Assembly (NCBI GenBank): GCA_048213135.1
Contig: PS015489.1
Coordinates: forward strand, 62,001-126,000
Direction of reading: 5' to 3'
DNA from: Reclinomonas americana ATCC 50394
Lineage: Eukaryota
DNA length: 64,000 bases
Positions 52,488 through 64,000 of this stretch are shown here, piece after piece. Each line of letters opens with the position of its first letter. Within the stretch, counting starts at the first letter, position 1. The notes under the pieces are model-generated. The model had not been told where the DNA came from. It was given only the letters and a program-made list of their open reading frames with translations, and ran no database searches. Both the position numbers and the translations under genes were made by a program.

Positions 52488-54286
52488 TTACGAGTGGGGG
52501 ACTTCTACGGTGGAACAGAGGGCGAGGAAAATCGTGCACCATATGGGCAGCGTTACCGTCGCCGCCAGGTAGTGCCAAAGAAGCAGCTCGGAGGTCGCGT
52601 CCTTGCCGTGATTGGTGAGCTGCGCAATGGTGCTCAGGATGACTGCATAGCAGCAGCAGCACGATTTCAGTTTCTCAGCGACAAACAATGACCACTTTGC
52701 TACGATTGCATACGTAACCGGCGCTGGGCGTGGCAGTCTCGATGAGCAGCACAAAGAGGAGAACGCGGTCGGCGGGCACCACTCCCACCACGAACATGCT
52801 GTAGATAAAGGTCGTCAGCAGCGCCGGAAGGACGATCTGCCGACTGGCGATGCTGATCAAGATGAGCGACGTCGTGATGGCGGTCTCCGGCTTGCGCTCA
52901 TGCGTGGAGGACGACGGAGGCGAAGGAACCGGAACGACGGCCAACGATTCATCGGCCGGATCTCGTTCCGCTCGCAGCTCGTGCATCTCCACGGCACTGC
53001 TGCTCGTGTCGTCGGTCGCCACAGCTGCGGCTGCCGCCGCCGCCTCAGCGTCAGCCTTCTTTTTGCGTCGCTTGTCGCGAAAGGTGACTGCCAGTGCACC
53101 GCCGACCGACATGAGAGCGCACAAGACAAAGCTATCGCCCAGGACGCGAATGGTGAGCACCACCGGCCGAAGCATGAGCGGTGGGTGCTTGAAGGCGTTG
53201 CTGATCGGTGGAATGAACGCCGCAATGACCGCCAAAGCGGCGGTGATGGTTGGCGGATTCAGAAAGGGCTTGACGAGTGACTTCCAGAGTGGTGGTCGCG
53301 GTGTCGCAGCAGCAGCAGATGGTGTTGTCTCTTCTGCGCTCGCGAGAGGTGTGAGAGTCGAGGCAAGCAGATCACTGCTTGGCGTGACCGCACAGACCAT
53401 CCAGCTGTTGGTACGACTGTTGCTTGGGAGGCGAGAGCATCGGCAGTGCAATGATCCACGGAAGCGTCGCAGACAGCACAATGAACAGCGACACGTAGCT
53501 GCGTGCACATGCATGGTGATCAGGAACCATTGCAAGAGAGAGAGAGAAAGAGAGACACCCGCGCAGCAACGCACCCACTGGCCAGCGTCGGCAGATCAAC
53601 GCCAGGCTCCGCCACACTCGTAAACACATCGCTCGACACAATCGTCGTGCTCATAGTCAGCGGAATGCTCCCTGCCAAACAAGCAGGCAACTCTGAGCAG
53701 CACACCTCGCCAACACGACACAGCATGCACAACCAACCATTGTTCATAAACACCGCACTGGCCATGAGAACCGGTCGCAACGATCGATGCTGTGGCGATC
53801 GCATGCACAGACCAAAGATGATCCATGCAACCAACATCCCGATTCCTGTCACGTGGTCAACATAGATGAAAGAGAGAGAGAGACACACAGGAGGAGAGCA
53901 CTTCATTACTCACCATACACAAAGATGGGCGCCACCATCAGCACCCACAGTTGCGGCAAATCGTCGACATTGACAGTCGCGACAATCTGCACGGATGATG
54001 AGATGATTGTTTCCTCTTTGCCTGCCTCTCGCACAGCTCTTACCTTGCTGAAGAGGAATGCTGGAATGATGAGGTAGAACTGCATCTTGGCCAGCACCTC
54101 CGAGAACGAGTCGTGCACCCATTTGCCAATGATCAGCAGCGCGCCTGCATTGCATTCACAATCACTCTATCGCCTGTGTGTGAGAAAGAGGGAGAGCGAC
54201 GCACCACTGCCTGCCAACAGAATGACCAGGAGCACAGAGGCTGCTGCATCGGCAAAGAGCCGCAACAACAGCGCTCCGTCGAGCAT
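52488..54286 (-). CDS. PIN-LIKES/auxin efflux carrier (AEC, Mem_trans) family transporter
   Basis: LAKMQFYLIIPAFLFSKIV, FMNNGSIPLTM, PFLNPPTITAALA, VLGDSFVLCALMSVGGAL, DRVLLFVLLIETATPSA, TIAQL..GKDATSELLLWHY. Confidence 0.85.
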
Positions 54287-54383
54287 GCACACGAACACAG
54301 ATGACGAATTCGTTTTTCCGATTCACTTGAACAATCGCTGCGTTCTCTTTCTGTCGCTCGCTGACGTGCATGTGCGAGGCAGG

Positions 54384-57300
54384 CTAGTGCGGGAAGAGCA
54401 CGAATTCGACGGCAGGCGGAGGCGAGCGGATGAGATCGGTGGCGTCGGCGGCGATCAGGCGCACGGCGAGGAACGACATTTGCTCCAGAGCCACCACAGT
54501 GCTGTTGGCGGCCCACGTGCACACCATGCGTTTTACGAAGCCGCTGCCGTCGCGTGGGAAGGCGTTGGGCGAGCGTGAAGATGTGGGCACCACCGGAACG
54601 CGGACCACGTGCATCCATGTGGGGTACGCCACACGGGCGCTCTCAAATACGCGCGGCCAAGGGATCTGTGCGGGAACGGGAATATGAGTGGCTGTCTCGC
54701 CAAGAGTCGAAGAAGCATCGGCAACGTGCAACTCACCGATCGTTCGTAGCCATAGTACGGAACGTAGATGCGGATGGCGCGCCAGTCAAAGTCGAGCACG
54801 CACGCAGTGCAGCATCCGTCGAGCACAGAGGTGGCTCCGCGAGCGGCCAGTAGCTGCGAAGAAACCACGTGAGACCACCGCTTCGTTCGCAGAGAGAGAG
54901 AGGTGAGTGCCACGCAACTGCTGCCTGCTGCCTCAAGTTCTCCTGCACAAACAGCTCGGTGACTTGCTGCTGCACGTCACGTCTGAGCGACGTCAAGCGG
55001 TCGTGATGGAACATCTGCGAGCGTCTTCAGTTGCAGCTTTCACACATTTGGTATTCTATTTCAACGAACGTACCGCCCGGCGCAGTGTGGTGCGCGTCGG
55101 CATCGACAGCTTCTGCCCGATGCTCGTGCGCAGCATCTTGTGAACACCGCGATGCACCAGCAGATCCGAGTACCTCCGGATCGGACTGGTGAATTGCGTG
55201 TAGGCGTCGACGTTGAGCGAGAAGTGCATCAGGCCGGCCTGCGCGCGACCACACGTACTGTCAAGGAGGAGTAGAATATGCACAGCAAACACAACGACAA
55301 CGCACTATTGCTTCGGTATTGGTGGTATCTGACACATCAAAAACGGTGTATCCGCCGGCACGCATGTACCGTGAAAACAGGTGAACCAGTGCCTGTGCGT
55401 GCACCATTCTCGAGTCAGTCTCATGTACCGTCTCTCTATTTCGCGAGACGATAACAGTACCTCCTTCCTGACGTCCGAGTCGTTCAGTGCATCGACCAAG
55501 CGCATGCAGCGGCGCAAGTAGTGCAAATCGTCCTCTCCACGCTCCTCTTGCACTCGGAAAATGGCTTCGACGCAGCGCGCAAACGTCTGTCGGTGTGGTG
55601 ACGGATCGCTGTTGCGTGCTGGTTGGTGGCGGAAAATGGCACCAAACTCCTGCAACTCCTGCCACTCCTCGGCCGTGCGTTGCTCCTCCGCAGGGCACGG
55701 TATCAATTCGCACACCGGTCCGAGTGTCGCCGGCACCGTCACTTCCGCTGCGCTCACAAACAATCACGCGAGGTGAGCTCACATGTGCGACGGTAAACTG
55801 CATCTTCGAATCACACCTTTGCCGCCACGTGAGGCACTCAGGCTCAAGAAGCGACGGAGATGAGCGGCGCAGTGCGTGTTGGCCAGATTCATGAGCTCCT
55901 CAATCATCTGTGCGGCCAAGTTCGGGCGCTCGAATGAAAGCTCCACAGAGCCCACTGTGTGCGTTGGCAGGGTGTGAGGCGACAGGGGGGAAATGAGGCG
56001 ACACCAAACGACGACACTTGCAAGCACGCTCACCACCCGGCAACGCTGCGTCCTTGCGGTATGTGCCACCAAACACCTTCTCCGGACGATCGAGCGACAG
56101 CGCACCGCCAACCAGGCGCTGGCGGCGCAGGCTGGCGGTGATTCCGTACAGTGAGCGCACAGCGTTGAAGACATCCTCCACGCGCTCCGGCGGCACCGAA
56201 CGCAAAGCGGCGGCCGACGGTGGGAGAGTGCCGTCGAGAATCGACTGCGCCGTCGGGTAGTCGAGAGCGACCCACGACGACACAACACTGGTGCACAGAC
56301 GCGACGAGATGACGATAAAGTCGCCCGAGCCCTGTGCACACCACAAAAAGAGTGAGTGCGCACGAAAGATGTCACACGCATCTACTGAAGCAAACTCACC
56401 GGATCGTGGCGCACGCGCACGAGAACCGACAAGCACAAGCGCTCCGTGTTCGGGTTCAGGCTGCAAACGCCGGCCGAGATGCGCTCCGGCAGCATGGAGT
56501 CCACGGCACCGAATGGCGTGTACATGGAAATCGACGCCGCCTTGGCCGCCAAGTCGAGCTCCGATCCCTCGGGCACATAGGCCGCCACATCGGAAATGTG
56601 CACACCCAACTCAAACTCGCCACCTGCGACTCGCAAATGTCAGCTGCAACTGCACGTACGAGTGCGGCAGTGAAGACGACAGACAAGCACGCACCACCGA
56701 CATGGCGCAAGTGCACTGCATCGTCCATGACGTTGGTGTCGGGTCGGTCGATGGTGAAGACGCACTGTGCGCGCAGATCAACACGCTCCTCCAACACTGC
56801 ACAGAGCATCTCGTGAACACATGCATCATCTGTCAATCCCACTTCCACCGACATGCAGCAGCGTACCCTTTGGATCGACACGCGCCTCGCTGCGCATGAG
56901 TCCCGGATATCGGTCGTCGACTGGCGCCGCTGTGGCGAATTCGGGGAGGCGGTAGAACAGTTCGGCGGCCTCGTCACGCACGCACTGGAATTGCAAAAAG
57001 TAGGCCACCTCCACGGTCTTCAGGTTGGAGGCGTCGCCCAGGACATCGGCCACACGTCGCACCGACGGGAAGCCTCGCTTCTCCGTCCAGTCGCCCAACT
57101 CCACCGAGAGGATCTTGCCCATCAATCCTTGCGGACCCGGCAGTTTGTGCGCATGCGCCGCACCCGTCATCTGCTTAATGTGCACGGCGCAGCGCGGCAG
57201 ACGGCTGTTCAGCGGCTGAAGCAACGTGAAGAATTCGCCGAGATTCGTCGAGTCGTCGAGGATGCCGACGGCGCGGACCACGCGCGGTCGGTCGGCGTAC

Positions 57301-60195
57301 ACGATCTCGCCAGTCACCACTGTTGCACAAACACCAGCAAATGATAACCAAGCACGAAACAGGGGGGAAATGCACAGGCATATCGCGGCACCTTCAGACA
57401 GTGTCCGGTCGCGCAGCGGGATGGGTGACGCGCTAACCTCGCCATCAGAAGTCGGCTGTGGCGCACAGTGAGCACGTTGCTCCTCAAACAGCACACATTG
57501 TTATCAATCCTCACACGTACCTCGTACAGGCTGACCACCACGTGGTCGCCATCGAGAGCACGATTGCGCAGCGTGGCTGACAGGATGCGCACGACACCAC
57601 CATTGTCCAAGCCGACTTCGGCGTACGAGTCGCTCTTGCAGTAGAGGGTGCCCTCCATCAGCTTTCCCGATCGGCAGCCGGCGTCGAGTGACCGCGGCGA
57701 CAAGTACGGAGTGTAGTTGTTGCTCGGCAGTCCTGGCGGACCGACTGCCTTGAGCGACGAGCCGCGTGGACGACTGCCACCGGCGTCAGCTGTGTGGCGA
57801 GGTGAGTGACAAGCACCCGACAGCAGGAGACATGAAGAAGTATGGACGAACCAGCAGCCGAAGCAGAGGGGAAGAGAGGACCACTGGTCACCTCGTCGAC
57901 TGAGCCACCGTGCGCCTGGTTGATGAGGATGGTATGTGTGCGAGCGCACGCGTCGACCAGCGCCTTGAGCAGCGGCGGCTTGTTGAAGGCCAGCAGATTG
58001 CAGTCGAATTGGACCGGATCCACTGCGCGAGTAGGGAAAGAGGAAGATGAGTCGGGGGAAGTGATGCAGTGCGCTCTCGCCAGAATGCATGCACGTACCG
58101 ACTACGAATTCACGCGCGTCATCTCCGACACGGTGAGACAAATGCACCGAGAGCGTCAGGTGATGGAGCGAGCACACGGCATCGGTTTGCCAATCAAAGT
58201 CACGCAGGTTGCCGAACAGCGAGAAAAAGTCGGCCACCACTGCTTCGGTCAGCGAGTCCTCCTGTTGACGGAAAAGCAGCAACATGAATACTCATAGAGC
58301 AAGCGCGCACACCACGCATTGCACTATCTCTCTCACCTTCTTGGTGGGCACCGACAGAATTTCCGCGGCCAGATCCGACATGAGGAACGCGGTCTCGTCG
58401 TGCGACTCGGGATGGCGCACATCCTCCAGGCCGTGCGTCACCCACCCGGCCTGGAAGGCCTGCGCGCCGACCTTGACCATGAAGCCGCCAATCAGATCGG
58501 TCAGTGCGGGGAGGGCCAGGGCCGTCGAGTATGTCAGAGCTGGAGTGATCTGTGTTGACGTGCAGTCAGTCAGCATTGAGGGGGAGAAAGAGAGTTGGAG
58601 GAAGAGAAGAAACACGCAACATGTGGGTACGGCGCCAGCTGCTGGATGCGTGCATCTTGGAAACGCGCAAACACCACTTCGGCTAGCCGATCCAGCGCCT
58701 CAATACCGTCGGCACGCCGATTGCGCGACGTGCGCTCCAACACAAAGTACACCACCATGTGGGCGAGTGCCTCGAGCGAGATGGAGTCGTCATTCTCGAA
58801 CCCCAACAGATCGGCACGGCACCACGCGGTGAGTGACGGCAGCTTTGCTTGCAACGCCGCCACCACCTCTGCCGGATCCTGCAAGTACGGCACCGCGTAG
58901 CCACACGTGCGTGCCCAGTGAATGACCGCATCCAGCAACTCCACAATCAGCTGTCGCTCTCGCGGTGTGTACGTCTCCAGTGCCTCATTCAGCGCCGTCA
59001 TCTGCGACTCTAGTGTCAGTGGTTGCGGGGAGGGACACGACTGCCGAGAGACGCAACTCCAGCCATGCGCCAAAAGATGTTGATCGAGACGTTGAATCGC
59101 TGACTGGTGCACATGCAGTACAGACCCGACTTGGCGCGATGCTTCATGCGCACGTCGGTGTAGTTGCCGGCTGAAGCACACACACACGAAATGGAAACAG
59201 AGTGTCAGAGGTAGTTCGAGAGGCGGGAAACAAAGGAGCAGAGAAGAGACAGCGCATAGAGAAAAAACGACAGACCTCTAGAGAAGGTGGCATGCTTCTC
59301 ATTGAAGCAGAAATGTAACACTGAGTGCGGAGAGAGAGAGAGAGANNNNNNNNNNNNNNNNNNNNNNNNNNNNNNNNNNNNNNNNNNNNNNNNNNNNNNN
59401 NNNNNNNNNNNNNNNNNNNNNNNNNNNNNNNNNNNNNNNNNNNNNNNNNNNNNNNNNNNNNNNNNNNNNNNNNNNNNNNNNNNNNNNNNNNNNNNNNNNN
59501 NNNNNNNNNNNNNNNNNNNNNNNNNNNNNNNNNNNNNNNNNNNNNNNNNNNNNNNNNNNNNNNNNNNNNNNNNNNNNNNNNNNNNNNNNNNNNNNNNNNN
59601 NNNNNNNNNNNNNNNNNNNNNNNNNNNNNNNNNNNNNNNNNNNNNNNNNNNNNNNNNNNNNNNNNNNNNNNNNNNNNNNNNNNNNNNNNNNNNNNNNNNN
59701 NNNNNNNNNNNNNNNNNNNNNNNNNNNNNNNNNNNNNNNNNNNNNNNNNNNNNNNNNNNNNNNNNNNNNNNNNNNNNNNNNNNNNNNNNNNNNNNNNNNN
59801 NNNNNNNNNNNNNNNNNNNNNNNNNNNNNNNNNNNNNNNNNNNNNNNNNNNNNNNNNNNNNNNNNNNNNNNNNNNNNNNNNNNNNNNNNNNNNNNNNNNN
59901 NNNNNNNNNNNNNNNNNNNNNNNNNNNNNNNNNNNNNNNNNNNNNNNNNNNNNNNNNNNNNNNNNNNNNNNNNNNNNNNNNNNNNNNNNNNNNNNNNNNN
60001 NNNNNNNNNNNNNNNNNNNNNNNNNNNNNNNNNNNNNNNNNNNNNNNNNNNNNNNNNNNNNNNNNNNNNNNNNNNNNNNNNNNNNNNNNNNNNNNNNNNN
60101 NNNNNNNNNNNNNNNNNNNNNNNNNNNNNNNNNNNNNNNNNNNNNNNNNNNNNNNNNNNNNNNNNNNNNNNNNNNNNNNNNNNNNNNNNNNNNNN

Positions 60196-60277
<82 letters not shown>

Positions 60278-61126
60278 GGGAGGGGGAGGGAGAGAGCCCA
60301 AGAAGATCCCCAACTCTGGAGATGCGAGCGTGCTCCTCAATGAAGCAGACATGCATCACCAACTGCTCATACAGAGACCAAGAAGAGATCTCTGAACTCT
60401 CAAACTCAGGGGAGACAAGAGCAATCAGTGAAGCAGACATGGTGCTCACAGAGAGACTGTGAGACCAAGAAGAGATCTCTCTCAACCCAGCTTTGGCAAA
60501 GATGAGCACGCTCCTCAGTGAAGCTGCCATGACGCACCAACCTCATTCACTGCTCTTCCCAACTGCTCGTGGAGGAGAGATCACTACCCTCACTTCCCAA
60601 TGCTCAGTGAGCGCCACCCATCTCCCATCTCCCATCTCCCATCTCCCTTCTCACCCTGCTTGAGTCGCCGAATGACATCCTTGATGGCGGCGACGCGTGC
60701 ATCGGGATCGGCCTCGCACGTCGGCACCGCCGGCAATACCACATGCGACACCGACGCATCGACAAACGCCGGCACCGACTCGCGCTCAATCAACGACACT
60801 TGCAGAATGTCGCGCGTCGAGTGCAATGGCAGAAACGGCGACGCAGACAAGAGCACAGGATGACACTCAATGCCTACACAATGCGCGCCAAAAATTGATC
60901 AGCAATCAGAGACAAGTCAAACTGTCGCTGTTACTTCAGTGCGCGCGCATGTATATGTGTATGCAGAGAGAGCAGAGAGAGAGCGAGCGTGTGTGTGTGT
61001 GTGAGACAAGTGCGTGCGTTTGTGCGCGCGATGGTCGTGACACATGACCACGCAACTCTTGTGTGGCACGGCCAGTGCGACTTCCAGCTCGCGCAGACAT
61101 GCCGCGCGTTGTGCGTCCAAGTCCAT
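54384..61126 (-). CDS. DIS3L2-like RNase II/RNB exoribonuclease with N-terminal degenerate TUTase/poly(A)-polymerase-like (NTase + PAP-associated) region
   Basis: RNB half: YTPYLS...[94 protein letters not shown]-terminal half: [76 protein letters not shown]. The checked junctions (exon 1 through the cold-shock region) join in frame via GT-AG introns. Confidence 0.85.
59277..60545. repeat. Degenerate ~80-90 bp repeat (core CTCA[A/G/T]TGAAGCAGACATG, AGACCAAGAAGAGATCTCT) plus (GA)n tracts flanking an ~850-N gap
   Basis: Three copies at about 60298, 60373 and 60461, and one partial copy at about 59277-59320 on the other side of the gap. Confidence 0.75.
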
Positions 61127-61399
61127 TGTGAATGCGCGGGCTTGTCACAACAACCACGACAAAAAGGAGTTGTCCTGCAGCTGCATGCATGCAAACCCAG
61201 CGACGTCGAAGCTAGTCGTTCGCTGCCAGCTCATTCTTTGTACGCTTTACATAATGCTGCATACAAGTCGTCTGTGCAGCGAGCCTGATCGCGTCACGTC
61301 CATGCATCTTGCGCGACGTCGTGCATTGCAAACTTCGCCGTGAAGAATGCACCAGCTTGCTTCACACAACATGCACTACACCGCTTGAAGATGCATCGT

Positions 61400-62688
61400 A
61401 CACCACTCTGTCTCAGAAGAAAGCTGTGATCGCATGCGCACAGGACACGCGATTGCACGGACCCCCACCCATAAATGCGTCTTTTGAGCGCAACTTGCTT
61501 TGCACTTGCTCTGTGCCTGGCCGTGGTGCTGTCGCTCAGCGCAGCGCCCACTCATGCAGTGCCACCCACCATGCCTCTGTACTATCAGATGGAGTGGGTG
61601 CTGTGGCATGTTGCGTTTGTGTTTCTCCGAGGTTGACTGCACACACTCCAACTCACTCGCGCGCACATCAGGTGGACGAAGACAACATCCCGCCTCCATA
61701 TGGACTCACTCCGCCTCCGAATGCGCATGTGGAACAAGGCCGCGGTCGCACGTTTTACGACTGGACGCAGCGCGCAATGATCGAGATGTGTGTGCACAAG
61801 AAGAAGCTTGTGTATTGTGTGGATCGTCAGCTGCTCATCTTGTTTTTTGGTTGCAGTTACGACGACTTTTGTGTCAACATCTTCCCCGATCCCACTGACC
61901 ATCCGGGCCCATGCAAGTTCCTCAATGTCAACGAGACCTCGTTTCGCACCACTCTGCGTCGACTCATCACTCGCAGCCGGAGGTCTCACTCGTTTGACTG
62001 AACGCAGGTACTTGATCAACAGTGATCCGGTGCACTACCCCAACGATCCCGTGTGCTGCGTGTTTTCGGTGCGTTTTTTGCCGCGATGCTTGTGATGTCG
62101 TGTGTCGTCTCACTGCGGCAACAGCACAACTTCCATCCTCCGGCGCCGACCTTCTTGATCGACAACAAGGATGTGATCCCGAATGGAGTTGCGTGACTCT
62201 CGCTTCCGTCTCTTGCTCTCTGTCTGCGACCTCTCATCTGTGCTGTGCAGATGTCGTACATTGGCTCGGCTCCGGTTCGTGGCACTCATGCGAAGCGAGA
62301 AATGCGTGCGCTCACTCACGTGTGTGTTGCAGGTCACCTGGTACGAGGTGCCGAAGGGTGATGGCGCGCCATTCAACTATGGGTGCGGAATATCTCCCGT
62401 CGTCACTCATCCTCTGCAGCACTCTTGCTCACCTTCTTTGTCCTCGCTCAGCTTCTACGACGAGAAGGCGCCGGTGCCGGCCGCCTTTAGCTTCCCTGCC
62501 GTCACGGTTCGTGGGCGCGTGCTGTGCTCACCGTGTCACGCCTTCGTGAGTTCTCACCTGTGCAATTGCGCACGCAGGGTTGGGACTGGCAGCGCTTCTA
62601 CAACTTCCGCGCCGCCAAGCCTGATCCGAGCGTCTTCCACCTGGATCCGCGTTGCCTCACTGCCGACTACTGCAAGATCCACCTGTAA
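61400..62688 (+). CDS. Ependymin-related-like (putative secreted/lysosomal) protein, multi-exon; start uncertain
   Basis: GRGRTFYDWTQRAMIE, YDDFCVNIF, PVCCVF..FHPPAPTF, VTWY, C-terminal WQRFYNFRAAKPDPSVFHLDPRC resembling the ependymin-like PDPSVFxxPxxC ending. Confidence 0.55.
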
Positions 62689-62889
62689 TGCGACGCCGCG
62701 TTCACCAACAACAGCAGCAACAACACAACACAACAAATTTCAATTTTTTCAACGTAGGCACAAAAAACATCTCAACATTTCGAGAAAAAACACAGTGAAC
62801 AACAACAACACAGAGAAGCACACGCAGCTAATCACGGTGTTCTCTTTTTTAAGAGTACAAATACAGCAGTCTTGCAACTGCAAAACGGA

Positions 62890-64000
62890 TTAGAAGAGTT
62901 TGGTGAGGACGTCGCCGACTATCAGTTCCACGCCGAAGCAGCCGCACAGGGACATGGTGAGGAGTTTGATGGGCTCTGTCAAACGGCGGTTAAGACTCTG
63001 CTCTGCTGCACAAGCGGCGCGTACATGTAAAGCACACTCACCGTTGATGAGCCAGTCCTCGAGAATGCTGAAAGCCGACGAGTTCAACACCGACCGTGAT
63101 TCGGATTTCACCAGAATCGCGGCCGTGTTGAGCAGCGCCAAAAACGTGCAGAAAGCACCTGCAGCACATGTGTTAGGGGGACGTCACAACACCAACTGCT
63201 GCGGCCGCAACGCACACACACGTACCAATAGTCCAGCACGCCGCCAGACCCCAGTACTGCGTGGGGAAAATGCCAAAGTTAGTGATCAGCAGCAAATGCA
63301 CGCGCGACGACAAGAACAACGTGTGTATCGCACCACGAGTGTGTATGGCAGTGTTTTGGCTCGATACCGAGCAAAGAGACGACCGAACCAGCCTGAACAT
63401 GAACACACGGTGGAGTTGGTATTGTTTCATGCAACAAGTCAGGGGATACTACGACACCTTTGCCGGTGACATCCGCAGCGACAAACTCGTTATCCAAGAC
63501 ACTGTTCAAGTCGGCAGTATTCTCGTTTGCTTCCGCGGAGCTGTCGTTGTTGTCCGGAGATCGCAGTGCTTTGTGGCGCACCAACGGGACTTTAACAGGG
63601 GTGCCCGAATGCGCCGACTCCACGTCCGACTCTGCCACCAGACGACTTGATCATGAGCACACAAGCATGCACAAAAACATAAAATGAATGCAACACTTGC
63701 CATCGTCACTCCACGAAGCAACGTCGTCTCCAATCAGCAACAGGTGCTTTGTTGGCGTGCCCTGTCGGTGAAAGAAAACAATCAATGAGCACGGCAGGAA
63801 TGAACACATAATTTCTGGCGGCACGCACCGGAAGGGAGCCACCGTCGCTAGCGAGCGCACCGGTCATCCTCTGTCGTTGTTGGTTGGCCAACATCAACGG
63901 CAGCGGCGGAAGACGATGCCTGCCCCTGTGTTCATCCGGCTGTTGTGGCTCGCCTTGCGCGCCTCTGGCCGCCAGCAACCTCGTCAACCATCCACTTTGC
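62890..64000 (-). CDS. 3' part of a hypothetical membrane protein (starts beyond the window)
   Basis: Spliced exons with hydrophobic segments (LLLITNFGIFPTQYWGLAACWTI, FCTFLALLNTAAILV) ending EPIKLLTMSLCGCFGVELIVGDVLTKLF*. Confidence 0.45.

Noticed and set aside
59144-60530. Long ORFs spanning the N gap
   Set aside because: Artefacts of N runs and (GA)n repeats.
1-64000. Alternative genetic code (TAG/TAA/TGA reassignment)
   Set aside because: All three stops terminate conserved proteins at the expected C-termini (MOGS TAG, PANK TAA, ALDH TGA). Other apparent stops fall in introns; only one unexplained in-frame TAG was found.
1-64000. tRNA, rRNA or intact transposase/reverse-transcriptase genes
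   Set aside because: None was recognisable by eye; small ncRNAs could have been missed without covariance-model searches.

Overview
This is eukaryotic genomic DNA, most likely from a protist: GC-rich, gene-dense, with many short (about 50-80 nt) spliceosomal introns, abundant (GA)n/(GT)n microsatellites and two assembly gaps. About 24 intron-containing genes were reconstructed by eye. They include TRRAP/Tra1 (5' part), FAN1, glucosidase I (MOGS), an SLC43-like MFS transporter, a cullin-N-terminus-only protein, a TPR protein, an S9 peptidase, RPB9, a RAMA-like protein, SLC35E-like, PiT/PHO4, pantothenate kinase, an SGNH hydrolase, a GabD1/Sad-type ALDH, a PILS-like carrier and an ependymin-like protein. 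Highlights: (1) a single gene that appears to fuse a degenerate Cid1/TUTase-like nucleotidyltransferase plus PAP-associated domain to a DIS3L2-like RNase II exonuclease (54384-61126, minus strand); (2) a TPR-coiled coil-IRAK/Pelle-like kinase-RING gene with one in-frame TAG inside an intact 42-aa TPR repeat; (3) a six-copy 81-bp Cys/Trp-rich zinc-finger-like repeat ORF lying among decayed gene fragments; (4) a recurrent atypical splice donor class, GTTGCG. All domain calls come from manual motif recognition, not database searches, and exon boundaries are inferred.
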